Origin: a virus
Lineage: Duplodnaviria; Caudoviricetes
Reading direction: 5' to 3' (one strand)
DNA: 24,364 nt
Virus record (IMG/VR): IMGVR_UViG_3300021961_000614
Span: 1-24,364 of that record
The notes beneath the pieces are model-generated. The model saw only the letters and a program-made list of their open reading frames with translations. It was not told the origin of the DNA and made no database searches. Both the position numbers and the translations under genes were made by a program. This document shows positions 13,101 to 21,581 of this stretch, in pieces; positions within the stretch are counted from its first letter, which is position 1; every line of letters begins with the position of its first letter.

Positions 13101-15173
13101 AAAATCTCAGCTAAGAGCGCAGCTAAAGCCGCCAAGGCGATCGAGCCTTCGCCTGCTAGTGAATCAGCCCAGAACCTGAAGAAGTTTCTTGAGGGCAGCA
13201 AGGTTGTGGATGATGAGGGCAATCCGTTAAGGGTTTATCACGGGACGGAGGGGGAAGATTTTGGTTCATTCAGGCCCGCGTCGTTCTTTACGACGCACCC
13301 TCAAGAAGCCTCTGCTTACGCCAATGATATTGAATTTAGCAGACGGAATAGGGGCTTGAATAGGTATAGTCTTGTCTCTTCGCCAGATGAATTGTCTGGT
13401 ACGAAAGTTCCGTATTCAAATGATATTGATGCCTTCCCAATTGGAACCGTCGTGGCGACCGACAACGGAGTATTTAAGCGTCGCAAAGGTGGATGGGACG
13501 TTTTTGACGATCTTGACGTTGATTACGATAGTTTCAACCTAAAAGACGATAATATCCGCGTCGTGAAGGGCGCGGGTGAAAGTGCCCGCAAATGGGTTGA
13601 CAGGCATCGTGAAGACGTAGTCAAAAGTTTTCCCGGCGGAGAAGGTGGTCGGGTTATTCCGGTCTATCTGTCGATGAGAAATCCTGTGCATTTGGGGCCG
13701 CTTCAGGCAAACAAGCTCGGCCTGCGGCTTGGCGCGACTGAAGAAGATATACGCAAGGCTATCGATAAATATTCAAGGATGGGATATGACGGAATAATCA
13801 CGGAGAGCGATGAAGCGACGATGTTTGATGAGGTGCGCGAGTTCTTTGGTGGAATTCCTGATCAATACATTATTTTTCGCCCAGAGCAGGTCAAATCCGC
13901 CATCGGCAACCGTGGAACATACGACATCAACGATCCTGACATCACCAAGGCTGGTGGTGGGCCGGTGAAGATGGCTGGGGGTGGAAGCTTTGCCAAATCT
14001 TTGGCGAAGCTGGCCCGTGCTCAGGCAAAGAGCAGGCAAGAGATTGATGCGATCGCTGAACGCATAGCTCCTCAAGTGACCGGCGAGTATGTGCGGGAGT
14101 CTGACAAGAGCGCAAGGACTGTTGCTGGCAAGACTCAGAAGCAGTTTGAGCGCGAGAAGGATCTGCCGGTTGATATCAGGCCAGACGTTGAGCAAAAGGT
14201 TCCGGCTCCTGTAGACATCGAGAGCCTCAAGGGAAGCGTGATGATCGGCATTCCCGGGGATCCGACGGTAACCGCTCAGACCTTGCATGGCGTTGGGGAT
14301 GTGAAGCTGAAGTCGCCCTCTCCGCAGCATGGAGGCCCGCTGTACGGTCTATACGGCGATCCTGAGCACTTCTGGGCATCTGGGCTGGGTGCAGCCTCGC
14401 GGGTGCAAAACCTCGCAGAAGAGGCCGGTAGGCAGTATGACGCCCCGGTTGTTGGCAAGTACGTCATGATGGGTCCGGAATCCATCAATTACGCCCAGCA
14501 CTTTGCTGATGCCAACCTGCAGGCGATTGATACGCGCAAAATGACTCGTGAGCAGATTGAAGGGTTTAACGAGTTAATTCGTAAGGGAAACCCCAAATCT
14601 GGCCCAAGGCCCTCTTTCCCCGGCATTCAGGATAAGGGAGGCGCATACTTGCACTTTTCTGTAGATCCTGAACTTCGCAAGCACTTCAATAGCCTGATGC
14701 AGCAGCCTACTGTTGTTGACCAATTTGGGCTTCCAAGCGGGCAAGATATCCGCATGGCAATTACTGAGCCTGCGCTTAGGAATTTGGAGACTGGGGTTAC
14801 CGGGTTTTCAATGGGCCGAATGAAGCCGGAAGTTAAAAAACAAGACTTGAGCCTATCTCCGCACCCAACGTATAGCCACGATATTCCGGGCGAGTTTATT
14901 GGGCAGTCAAAGTATCCTGTGCCGTATGAGTTAAGCTTCCCTGATACCTTGAAGGCCATCCGCGAGAATCCGAAGCAAGCTCCGCAGGAATTTGGATCTC
15001 TGAAAATGGTCGGCCCGCGCCAAACCATTGATCAGCAGTTGATCGATGAAATAAAGATGTACGAAGAAAAGATGAAACGTCTGACTGGCAAGAAAAAGGG
15101 CGGGGCGGTGAAAAAGCGCAAGGTAAAGATCTCCAATAGCCGGGATGCACACTTCTTGGCTTCTTTGGACTGA
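10146..15173 (+). CDS. Large polyvalent protein (about 1675 aa): PcfJ-like, ParB-like, ADP-ribosyltransferase (ART-PolyVal type) and unknown modules
   Basis: GAGGT RBS before ATG 10146. PcfJ-like motifs ESDMMGHSV..Y, KVYSLVDEKGEPHVTVEV and ISQIKGKSN (about 11600-12060); ParB/Srx-like GHEGRHR (about 12835-12855); ART motifs SKVVDDEGNPLRVYHGT, FFT, VIPVYLSMRNP, GYDGII and FRPEQVKSAIGNRGTYD (about 13190-13945). Confidence 0.85.
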   Translation: MALPSDIPTPENLERSRQQVEEEQRRKAERDAKLSPLDKAFGAYEAARTIGSALYQNAASFPTFLSQGQEAADKQVAERMFIPKTEQGMDYLQNTGQFLEKLETEYKIPPVLPQVAALEGIAGPAIKQAARAAGEAMPPMSGSGVRGLAYQEGAIKPFGGQWFKDTIFDKPSDKQPHLQALERDLQDPNISAANKEILQRQYTHLKNTDALKRWEKGNLANYIKNKMGTPEDPIRELAERGITHIPQDPDWNEYVAIPQSVAKKRQEAGFPAEGVGKSPLARLWESMADEAIFPEKASTYQAASQARGRLSEMQPDLAAGVERVNRSFEESLRNSGLPASEVKNRSLYTHVADKARLVKDKDFESLWGEQDRLNKILSGTTGYIAKQNPWISKLDPDEPVYRAKIRNLGFDHVLDVLREDMNAGRIRPDQLNKMSIEDAIKRTHEYDQAMAKKMRETTAAVREGLPVYKQYPEGYRWIELNKPGSFAHESDMMGHSVRGYEPPKGHEDWVETSKDYGSEGYGHGGWDAIKSGRAKVYSLVDEKGEPHVTVEVAKDSPKKSDLERQPQEVQNEFNRLLDNWLSNLDYRPNQEDYLEKTDQLFRHLGIDTKPYISQIKGKSNQAPKETYLPFVQDFVRGGKWSQINDTRNAGLRRYGDVFNVNEQRKIESLGGNVPDHEWLTGEEIQQLHNLITPEGGRLKYDSKGNIIGGDGKSGYKQGGKVHISSNPDTMRIELAEGKKMQFGGIAKAAAKSAAKAAKEAPSVVIPSKVSQLQEAIRQSKGEYGAKRVQRAADEIKNLEQMYQEEALRQAFSGDNAKALVTMNPADFEKYAVELQKRTEIGPEMAKLAQSGEIDKSIMTTDEYIRHLLNLQGGFADIPFLSLFKDEVGVPVKPQVRGHEGRHRSRALAQRGEPSSLVTVFPRGDLREALPRRSQEEYIEALKEEMERSGRLVMPEVEGSLRRPAIEFPDVYAEGGSVKMQFGGIAKISAKSAAKAAKAIEPSPASESAQNLKKFLEGSKVVDDEGNPLRVYHGTEGEDFGSFRPASFFTTHPQEASAYANDIEFSRRNRGLNRYSLVSSPDELSGTKVPYSNDIDAFPIGTVVATDNGVFKRRKGGWDVFDDLDVDYDSFNLKDDNIRVVKGAGESARKWVDRHREDVVKSFPGGEGGRVIPVYLSMRNPVHLGPLQANKLGLRLGATEEDIRKAIDKYSRMGYDGIITESDEATMFDEVREFFGGIPDQYIIFRPEQVKSAIGNRGTYDINDPDITKAGGGPVKMAGGGSFAKSLAKLARAQAKSRQEIDAIAERIAPQVTGEYVRESDKSARTVAGKTQKQFEREKDLPVDIRPDVEQKVPAPVDIESLKGSVMIGIPGDPTVTAQTLHGVGDVKLKSPSPQHGGPLYGLYGDPEHFWASGLGAASRVQNLAEEAGRQYDAPVVGKYVMMGPESINYAQHFADANLQAIDTRKMTREQIEGFNELIRKGNPKSGPRPSFPGIQDKGGAYLHFSVDPELRKHFNSLMQQPTVVDQFGLPSGQDIRMAITEPALRNLETGVTGFSMGRMKPEVKKQDLSLSPHPTYSHDIPGEFIGQSKYPVPYELSFPDTLKAIRENPKQAPQEFGSLKMVGPRQTIDQQLIDEIKMYEEKMKRLTGKKKGGAVKKRKVKISNSRDAHFLASLD
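12360..13132 (+). repeat. 56-bp direct repeat pair (12360-12415 and 13077-13132) bracketing the ParB-like module
   Basis: AAGATGCAGTTTGGTGGCATCGCAAAA...AAGAGCGCAGCTAAAGCCGC, 52/56 identical by manual comparison; encodes KMQFGGIAKxxAKSAAKAAK. Confidence 0.9.
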
Positions 15174-15186
15174 TAAAGGTTAGAAC

Positions 15187-17703
15187 ATGGCTACACAATT
15201 CCCTGTTGACCCAGAATTCGGGCGTTTCGTTCAAGGAATTCCTGACGAGGTGCCGGAAGAAGGGATTGAGGTCGAGCTTCCTCCCGAGGATGCTGAGATC
15301 GAGGAGCTTCCTGACGGTTCGGCGGTTATCACGATGGAAACCGAAGGCCCGATGGATGACGAGGACTTCTACGAGAACCTAGCCGAGACGATCGACCCGC
15401 TGTTCCTCAGTACGCTGGCGATGCGGTACACCAAGCTGGTGGACACCGATAAGAAGGCACGGGAAGAACGCGACAAGCAGTACGAGGAAGGCTTAAAGCG
15501 TACTGGTATGGGCAAGGACGCACCGGGCGGCGCAACCTTCATGGGCGCATCCAAGGTGGTTCATCCGGTGATGGCTGAGTCCTGCGTGGACTTTGCCTCC
15601 CGGGCGATCAAGGAGCTATTCCCTCCTGACGGCCCGGTGCGTACCAAGATCCTCGGTGAGATTGACGAGGAAAAGACCGCAAGGGCCGAGCGCAAGCGCG
15701 ACTACATGAACTGGCAGTTGACGGAACAGATCGAAGAGTTCCGCGACGAGCAGGAGCAGTTGCTGACCCAGCTTCCTCTTGGTGGTTCCCAGTACATGAA
15801 GCTTTGGTATGACGAGGACAAGAAGCGTCCCTGCGCCGAGTTCATGCCGATTGACCGGGTGATCGTTCCGTTTGCTGCGACCAACTTCTACACCGCACAA
15901 CGAGCGACCGAGATCCACGACATCACCGAGTGGGAGTTCAAGCGCCGGATTCGCTCTGGGCTTTACCGGGATATCAGCCTGATCCGCTCCTCGATGGAGC
16001 CGGAAGAGTCGAAGTCCCAGAAGGCCAACGACAAGATCGAGGGCCGCAAGTTTGAGGACAACGAGGACGGCCTTCGCAACGTCTATCACATCTATACATG
16101 GCTGGAGCTTGACGAAGATAGCCATGCCAACGGTGAGAGCGCCCCGTACATCCTGATGATCGACGAGCTTGAGAACGAGGTTGTCGGGCTGTACAGGAAC
16201 TGGGAAGAGGGCGACGAGACCATGACCAAGCTGGATTGGGTCGTGGAGTTCAAGTTCATCCCGTGGCGGGGAGCCTACGCGATCGGCATGCCGCACCTGA
16301 TTGGTGGCCTGTCTGCAGCGCTTACAGGAGCCTTACGGGCACTGCTGGATTCGGCGCATATCAACAACGCGGCAACGATGCTCAAGCTCAAGGGAGCCAA
16401 GATCTCCGGGCAGAGCCAGCAGGTAGATGTGACGCAGGTCTGCGAGATCGAGGGCGCTCCGGGCGTGGACGACATCCGCAAGATTGCGATGCCCATGCCG
16501 TTCAACCCTCCCTCACAGGTGCTCTTACAGCTTCTAGGATGGCTTGATAAGGCGGCTAAGGGGGTAGTGACCACCGCCGAGGAAAAGATCGCTGATGTGA
16601 CTTCTAACGCGCCTGTGGGCACAACTCAGGCGTTGATCGAGCAAGGCGCGGCGGTTTTCTCGGCAATCCATGCGCGGTTGCATGATTCCCAGTCCCGGGT
16701 GCTCAAGATCCTTGGCAGGCTCAACCGCTGGTATCTGGACGACCAGCGCAAGGGTGAGATCGTCGAGGATCTGGAGATCGAGCGCGAGGACTTCAAGCGC
16801 AACACCGATGTGGTGCCTGTCAGTGATCCGCACATCTTCTCCGAGACCCAGCGGATGGCGCAGATTCAGGCGGTCTTGGCCCGTGCAGACAAGTATCCGG
16901 ACCTGTATGACCGTCGGGCGGTGGAGGAGCGCTTCCTCAAGCAGATCAAGGTGCCGGGGATCAACGAGATCCTCAAGAACACGCCTGCCCCGGAGGAGCG
17001 CAACTCTGCCGACGAGAACGTGGCGATGGCGATCGGCCAGAACGGCTACGCCTACATCCATCAGGATCATCTGGCGCACATCCAGAGCCATCTGGACTTT
17101 GGCCTGAACCCGGCGTTTGGTGGCAACCCGATCATGGCGTCGATCTATTTACCCCGGGCGCTGGAGCACATCAAGCAGCACATGGTCTTGTGGTACCTGA
17201 ACCGGACCAACGGGTATGTGACCAAGGCGCGGGGCAACAAGCCGATCACCGAGAAGGAATACGAGGACAAGCGCCTGACAGCCGAGATCGACAAGGTGTT
17301 TGCCTTGGCATCCCAGCATGTCGCGCAGGACGCCCAGAAGGCCTTCCAGCAGGTTGTTCCGAAGCTGCAGCAGATGTTGCAGGCAATGCAGCAACTGACG
17401 CCCAAGCCGCAATTGCCGCCTGAGGCTCAGGTGGTGATGGAAACCAGCATGGCCGAGACCAACCGTCGGGCGCAGCGCGATCAGGCCGAGTTGCAACTGG
17501 AGGGCCAGAAGGTATCAATGCTGGCCGAGGAAAAGGCTCGTCGTGAGCAGATTGATGTGGCGCTTAACGCCGCAAACAACCTCACGAAGGAGCGTATCGA
17601 GACTGCACGTTTGACGCAAAAAGACGCCGAACTGCAAGCCGAGCAGTTTGAAACTGCAATCACGCTTCAAAACGAAGCACAACGCCGTCTCTTAGGAGGT
17701 TAA
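15187..17703 (+). CDS. Portal protein
   Basis: 838 aa, first gene of the head cluster; GAS.VVHPV.AE, ELFPPDGPVRT, YMNWQLTE, APVGTT.AL.E.G and VVPVSDP motifs of podovirus-type portals; Gln-rich C-terminal coiled coil. Confidence 0.9.
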   Translation: MATQFPVDPEFGRFVQGIPDEVPEEGIEVELPPEDAEIEELPDGSAVITMETEGPMDDEDFYENLAETIDPLFLSTLAMRYTKLVDTDKKAREERDKQYEEGLKRTGMGKDAPGGATFMGASKVVHPVMAESCVDFASRAIKELFPPDGPVRTKILGEIDEEKTARAERKRDYMNWQLTEQIEEFRDEQEQLLTQLPLGGSQYMKLWYDEDKKRPCAEFMPIDRVIVPFAATNFYTAQRATEIHDITEWEFKRRIRSGLYRDISLIRSSMEPEESKSQKANDKIEGRKFEDNEDGLRNVYHIYTWLELDEDSHANGESAPYILMIDELENEVVGLYRNWEEGDETMTKLDWVVEFKFIPWRGAYAIGMPHLIGGLSAALTGALRALLDSAHINNAATMLKLKGAKISGQSQQVDVTQVCEIEGAPGVDDIRKIAMPMPFNPPSQVLLQLLGWLDKAAKGVVTTAEEKIADVTSNAPVGTTQALIEQGAAVFSAIHARLHDSQSRVLKILGRLNRWYLDDQRKGEIVEDLEIEREDFKRNTDVVPVSDPHIFSETQRMAQIQAVLARADKYPDLYDRRAVEERFLKQIKVPGINEILKNTPAPEERNSADENVAMAIGQNGYAYIHQDHLAHIQSHLDFGLNPAFGGNPIMASIYLPRALEHIKQHMVLWYLNRTNGYVTKARGNKPITEKEYEDKRLTAEIDKVFALASQHVAQDAQKAFQQVVPKLQQMLQAMQQLTPKPQLPPEAQVVMETSMAETNRRAQRDQAELQLEGQKVSMLAEEKARREQIDVALNAANNLTKERIETARLTQKDAELQAEQFETAITLQNEAQRRLLGG

Positions 17704-17705
17704 TT

Positions 17706-17852
17706 ATGGCGCAGCACGACAGCACGATGATCCCGATGCACAAGCGTATCGCTATGGGCGAGAAGCTTGATGGCACCTCCCTGCAACCCAAGGGCCAGCA
17801 GCAAGCCCCCAAATCCGATAAAGGAGCGTTGAGCCAAGCCAAGAAAAAATGA
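17706..17852 (+). CDS. Small basic hypothetical protein (48 aa, MAQHDSTMIPMHKRIAMGEK...)
   Basis: Below the ORF-track cutoff; strong AGGAGGT RBS; its TGA overlaps the next ATG. Confidence 0.75.
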   Translation: MAQHDSTMIPMHKRIAMGEKLDGTSLQPKGQQQAPKSDKGALSQAKKK

Positions 17853-18034
17853 GATACGTCTCCGACCTCGTCGCCGCAATTAAGGCGCGTCAAGCTGAAA
17901 TAAAGCTGTCTCTAGCAGCGGGAAACCCTGCGACATGGGAGGCGTACCAGCGCGTCGTTGGTCAACATCAGGGGCTTGAAGAAGCTCTTGAAATCCTAAA
18001 CAACCTGTTGAAGGAAGAAGATGAAGATGAATGA
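17849..18034 (+). CDS. Small conserved head-cluster protein
   Basis: L..G....WEAYQRVVG...GLEEAL pattern, typical of the small gene between portal and GroES in such phages; ATGA coupling. Confidence 0.8.
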   Translation: MRYVSDLVAAIKARQAEIKLSLAAGNPATWEAYQRVVGQHQGLEEALEILNNLLKEEDEDE

Positions 18035-18461
18035 ACCGGAAGCGTTTAGCGACGCTGACATTGCTTGGGCATTCCCGAGTGTAGACCCCGGTGCGAAACC
18101 TCTTGGCGGCAGAATTCTTGTGCAATTGCGCCGCACAAAAAAGAAGGCAACCAGTGCCGGGATTATCTTGGTTGAAGAGACTAAGGAAACCGAAAAGTGG
18201 AACAACATGGTGGCGAAAGTCATCGAGATTGGTCCGATTGCCTTCCGCAACCGAGATACGAACGAGTCATGGCCTGAGGGTTCTTGGTGTTCGGTCGGTG
18301 ATTTCATCCGCGTCCCAAAGTGGGGCGGCGATCGCTGGGAAGTTGCTGTCCCGGGCGAGGAAGATGGCATCGAAGACCCTGCGCTATTCATGATCCTGAA
18401 TGACCACGAGGTGATCGCCAAGGTCACTGGAAACCCGCTAGTCATGCGGGCGTTCATCTAA
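18021..18461 (+). CDS. GroES-like co-chaperonin
   Basis: KPLGGRILV, TSAGIILVEETKE (mobile loop), AKVIEIGP, VGDFI...KWGG and ILNDHEVIAKV motifs. The start could be 18021 or 18027. Confidence 0.85.
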   Translation: MKMNEPEAFSDADIAWAFPSVDPGAKPLGGRILVQLRRTKKKATSAGIILVEETKETEKWNNMVAKVIEIGPIAFRNRDTNESWPEGSWCSVGDFIRVPKWGGDRWEVAVPGEEDGIEDPALFMILNDHEVIAKVTGNPLVMRAFI

Positions 18462-18470
18462 GGGGGCGTT

Positions 18471-19460
18471 ATGAGCACTGAAAAACAAGCTGAAGAACGA
18501 ATTGAGGTCAAGGAAGAGCTAGACGGGTCTGCCGTCGTAGAGCTTCCTGACAATATTCCCAACCCTCAGTCAGCCGATAGCGAGGAAGACTCGCAGGAAG
18601 AGGAGATTGAGGCGGCAGAAGGTGGTGCCGTCTCCGACGACTCTGACAACGACAGTCCGGACGATTCTGATGCGCTGCGGGAGGCCAAACGTGCCCGCCG
18701 CAAGGCCAAGCGAGAGCTTGTCAAGCGCACAAACATCGAAAAAGACCACAAGCTGGCTCTTTTAGAGCGCCAGAATCAGGAGCTTTTGGAGCGCCTGTCC
18801 GCTGTTGAGCGCAAGACGCACTCTGCGGATATTGCCCGGATCGACAAGGCGATCGAGGATACCGCCCTGCGTTTGCAGTATGCCAAGGCCAAGATTGCCG
18901 AGGCGACCAATATGCAGGACGGGGAGGCCTTAGCCAAGGCTCAGGAGATGTGGTACGAGGCCCGCCAGCAGGTTGATACCCTAAATAACCTGAAGAAAAC
19001 GGCGGTTCAGCCTCAACGGCAGCAAAACATCCCGGATCCGAGGTTACAGCGGCATGCTGCTGACTGGATGGAGCGAAATAGCTGGTACAAGCCCGATAAC
19101 AAGGACATGGACAGCAAAATCGCCAAACAGATCGATGAGCAGCTAACTGCCGAGGGTTGGGATCCCACGAAACAAGATTATTGGCAAGAACTTGATAATC
19201 GCTTGCATCAATATCTCCCTCACCGATACAATCGGAATAACGACGAATATCCGTCGGCTCGTAGTAAACCAAGGAGTGTCGTGACTGGATCAGGACGCGA
19301 ATCTTCGACCCGTGCTGGTGGCTCGAATACCTTCACCCTTAACGCAGAACAGGTTAGGGCGATGAAGGATGCGGGTTACTGGGACGACCCGGAAAAGCGG
19401 AATCGGATGATCAAGCGTTATGCACAGGAAGCACGAAAATCCCAAGGATATAGGAGCTAA
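18471..19460 (+). CDS. Probable capsid scaffolding protein
   Basis: Acidic disordered N-terminus, long coiled coil, W..RN.W motif, LNAEQVRAMK tail; lies between portal and capsid. Confidence 0.7.
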   Translation: MSTEKQAEERIEVKEELDGSAVVELPDNIPNPQSADSEEDSQEEEIEAAEGGAVSDDSDNDSPDDSDALREAKRARRKAKRELVKRTNIEKDHKLALLERQNQELLERLSAVERKTHSADIARIDKAIEDTALRLQYAKAKIAEATNMQDGEALAKAQEMWYEARQQVDTLNNLKKTAVQPQRQQNIPDPRLQRHAADWMERNSWYKPDNKDMDSKIAKQIDEQLTAEGWDPTKQDYWQELDNRLHQYLPHRYNRNNDEYPSARSKPRSVVTGSGRESSTRAGGSNTFTLNAEQVRAMKDAGYWDDPEKRNRMIKRYAQEARKSQGYRS

Positions 19461-20011
19461 TGATGGAATCTCGTCTTAAAAAATCTCTGAAAGCTGGTGG
19501 ACGCCAAGATCGCTCAAGCGAGGACGCCACCCGCCAGCCCCCTCAGGAAAAGTTCATTTCAGCGCAGGAACGTCGAAAGATGTGGAGCGATGAGTGGACG
19601 CAGTCGGCTTTGCCTAAAATCCCCGAACTTCCGGGGTGGCATTTGTGCTGGCTTTCAACCACCAACAGTTACGACAGCATTGATAAGCGTATTCGGCTTG
19701 GGTACGTTCCGGTTATGGCCGATGAGTTACCCGGGTTCCAGAATTACAAAGTCAAGGCTGGTGAGCATGTTGGACAAATCTCGTGTAACGAGATGCTGCT
19801 TTTCAAACTGCCGATGGAAGAGTATCAAGCTTTGATGACTCACCTCCATTATGAGATGCCCAACGAAGAGGCGGAAAAAATCCGTGTCCAAGTTGAGAAT
19901 CTTCAGGGGCAGCGAGATAGCAACGGGAAATCCCTTGTGCGGTTGGAAGGAGACGGCCTAGGCAAACTCGATCAACAGCCAACCAGTACCGCCCCTATTT
20001 TCGAGGGGTAA
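19460..20011 (+). CDS. Conserved head-cluster protein of unknown function
   Basis: AGGAG RBS; P.LPGWHLCWLS, KRIRLGYVPV and MLLFKLP motifs. Confidence 0.8.
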   Translation: MMESRLKKSLKAGGRQDRSSEDATRQPPQEKFISAQERRKMWSDEWTQSALPKIPELPGWHLCWLSTTNSYDSIDKRIRLGYVPVMADELPGFQNYKVKAGEHVGQISCNEMLLFKLPMEEYQALMTHLHYEMPNEEAEKIRVQVENLQGQRDSNGKSLVRLEGDGLGKLDQQPTSTAPIFEG

Positions 20012-20033
20012 CAAATGGACAAGGAGTAAGACT

Positions 20034-20606
20034 ATGTCTGCAACCTCTGCTCCGTTCGGTCTGCGCCCTGCGTTCCACCCCTCCGGATTGGATCGCGCAC
20101 AAGCGCTTGCTGACGGAATCACTTCGGGCTACGGCTCGAACATCCTCAAAGGCCAACCGGTCAAGTACGCTACCAGCGGCGTCATTCAACCCGCTGCTGC
20201 TGGCGAAGCATTCGTTGGTGCCTTCTCGGGCGTCGAATGGACCGATACCACTGGTCGTCGTCGTGTCTCGAACTACTGGCCTGCCTCGACGGCATACCAG
20301 ACTGGTTCGTGCGTTGCCTACTTCTACAACGATCCCAACATCGTTTATGAAGTGCAGGCTGCTGGTTCGCTGGCCCAAGCTGCGGTCGGTGACATGGCTG
20401 ACCTGAGCAACACGACTGCCGGTTCCACGACCACAGGTCTGTCGCAATGCACCCTGTCCACCACTTTGGCGGGCGCGGGTAACAGCGCACAGATGCTGAT
20501 TCGTGATCTGGCCCCGTACCCCGGCAATGCTTGGGGCGATGCGTACACGATTGTGCGGGTAACTATTAACGAGTCGCAGGTTAATGCGGCTGTTAATGCT
20601 ATCTAA
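20034..20606 (+). CDS. Probable capsid decoration/minor head protein
   Basis: AAGGAG RBS; APFGLRP, I.KGQPV, G.F.GVE.TD and DPNIVYEVQ motifs; rich in small residues; immediately upstream of the major capsid gene. Confidence 0.7.
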   Translation: MSATSAPFGLRPAFHPSGLDRAQALADGITSGYGSNILKGQPVKYATSGVIQPAAAGEAFVGAFSGVEWTDTTGRRRVSNYWPASTAYQTGSCVAYFYNDPNIVYEVQAAGSLAQAAVGDMADLSNTTAGSTTTGLSQCTLSTTLAGAGNSAQMLIRDLAPYPGNAWGDAYTIVRVTINESQVNAAVNAI

Positions 20607-20619
20607 GGAGGGCTAAGAC

Positions 20620-21537
20620 ATGGCAGCCCCGATGCGTAGTACCGACTTTCGGTCGATTGTTGAGCCGATCCTCAACGAGTGTTTCGACGGAGTCTATGAC
20701 CAACGTGCCGACGAGTGGAGCCGCGTGTTCCGCGAACAAGAAGGCATCCCGCGTAACTATCACGAAGAGCCGGTCCTGTACGGTTTTGGTGCCGCTCCGC
20801 AACTGCCTGATGGCACTCCGGTGACCTATCAGCAGGGCGGTGTGCTCTTCCTCAAGCGCTACGTTTACAACGTCTATGGTCTGGCATTCTCGCTGACCAA
20901 AGTGCTTGTCGAAGACGGCGACCACATCCGTATCGGTCAGGTTTATGCCAAGCACCTTGCTCAGTCCCTGATTGAGACCAAGGAGACCCTGTGCGCCAAC
21001 GTGCTGAACAACGCCTTTACCGGTGGTGCTTCGGCTGGTGGTGACGGTGTCGCCCTGAACAGTGCTTCGCACCCGATCGTGAGTGGCACGTTCTCCAACC
21101 TGCTGTCTACCGCCGCTAACCTGTCGCAGACCTCTCTGGAGCAGATGCTGATCCAGATTCGTCAGGCAGTGGATAACAACGGCAAGAAGATTCGTCTGGT
21201 TCCGCGCCAACTGGTCGTGGCCCCGGGCAACCTCTTCCAAGCCGAGGTTCTCCTGAAGTCGGTCCTTCGGGCAGGCAACGCAAACAACGACATCAACCCG
21301 ATCAAGTCCATCGGACTGCTCGACGAGGGTGCCGCTGTTCTGTCGCGTCTGACCAGCGCCACCGCATGGTGGGTGCAGACCGATGCGCCGGAAGGCATGA
21401 AGCTGCTGATGCGCCGTCGTCTGGAGAAGACGATGGAAGGTGACTTTGAGACCGACACCATGCGGTACAAGGCCACCGAGCGTTATGACGTTGGCTTCAC
21501 GGATCCCCGTGCCATGTACGGCACTCCGGGCGTCTAA
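20620..21537 (+). CDS. Major capsid protein (HK97 fold, Mu gpT-like)
   Basis: AAGGAGG RBS; ANVLNNAF, GGDGVAL.SASHP, PRQLVVAP and GDFETDTMRYKATERYDVGFTDPRAMYG motifs; strong codon bias; followed by a terminator. Confidence 0.92.
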   Translation: MAAPMRSTDFRSIVEPILNECFDGVYDQRADEWSRVFREQEGIPRNYHEEPVLYGFGAAPQLPDGTPVTYQQGGVLFLKRYVYNVYGLAFSLTKVLVEDGDHIRIGQVYAKHLAQSLIETKETLCANVLNNAFTGGASAGGDGVALNSASHPIVSGTFSNLLSTAANLSQTSLEQMLIQIRQAVDNNGKKIRLVPRQLVVAPGNLFQAEVLLKSVLRAGNANNDINPIKSIGLLDEGAAVLSRLTSATAWWVQTDAPEGMKLLMRRRLEKTMEGDFETDTMRYKATERYDVGFTDPRAMYGTPGV

Positions 21538-21540
21538 ATC

Positions 21541-21567
21541 AAGCCGGGGGAGCAATCCCCCGCTTTT
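21541..21567 (+). terminator. Intrinsic terminator after the major capsid gene
   Basis: AAGC-C-GGGGGA-GCAA-TCCCCC-GCTTTT: GNRA-capped stem with a short U tract. Confidence 0.75.
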
Positions 21568-21581
21568 AAGGAGAACCGGAC

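Noticed and set aside
20599-21555. 318-aa antisense ORF opposite the major capsid gene, and similar antisense ORFs over portal, terL and the large gene
   Set aside because: Expected by-product of strong codon bias on the coding strand; no protein motifs.
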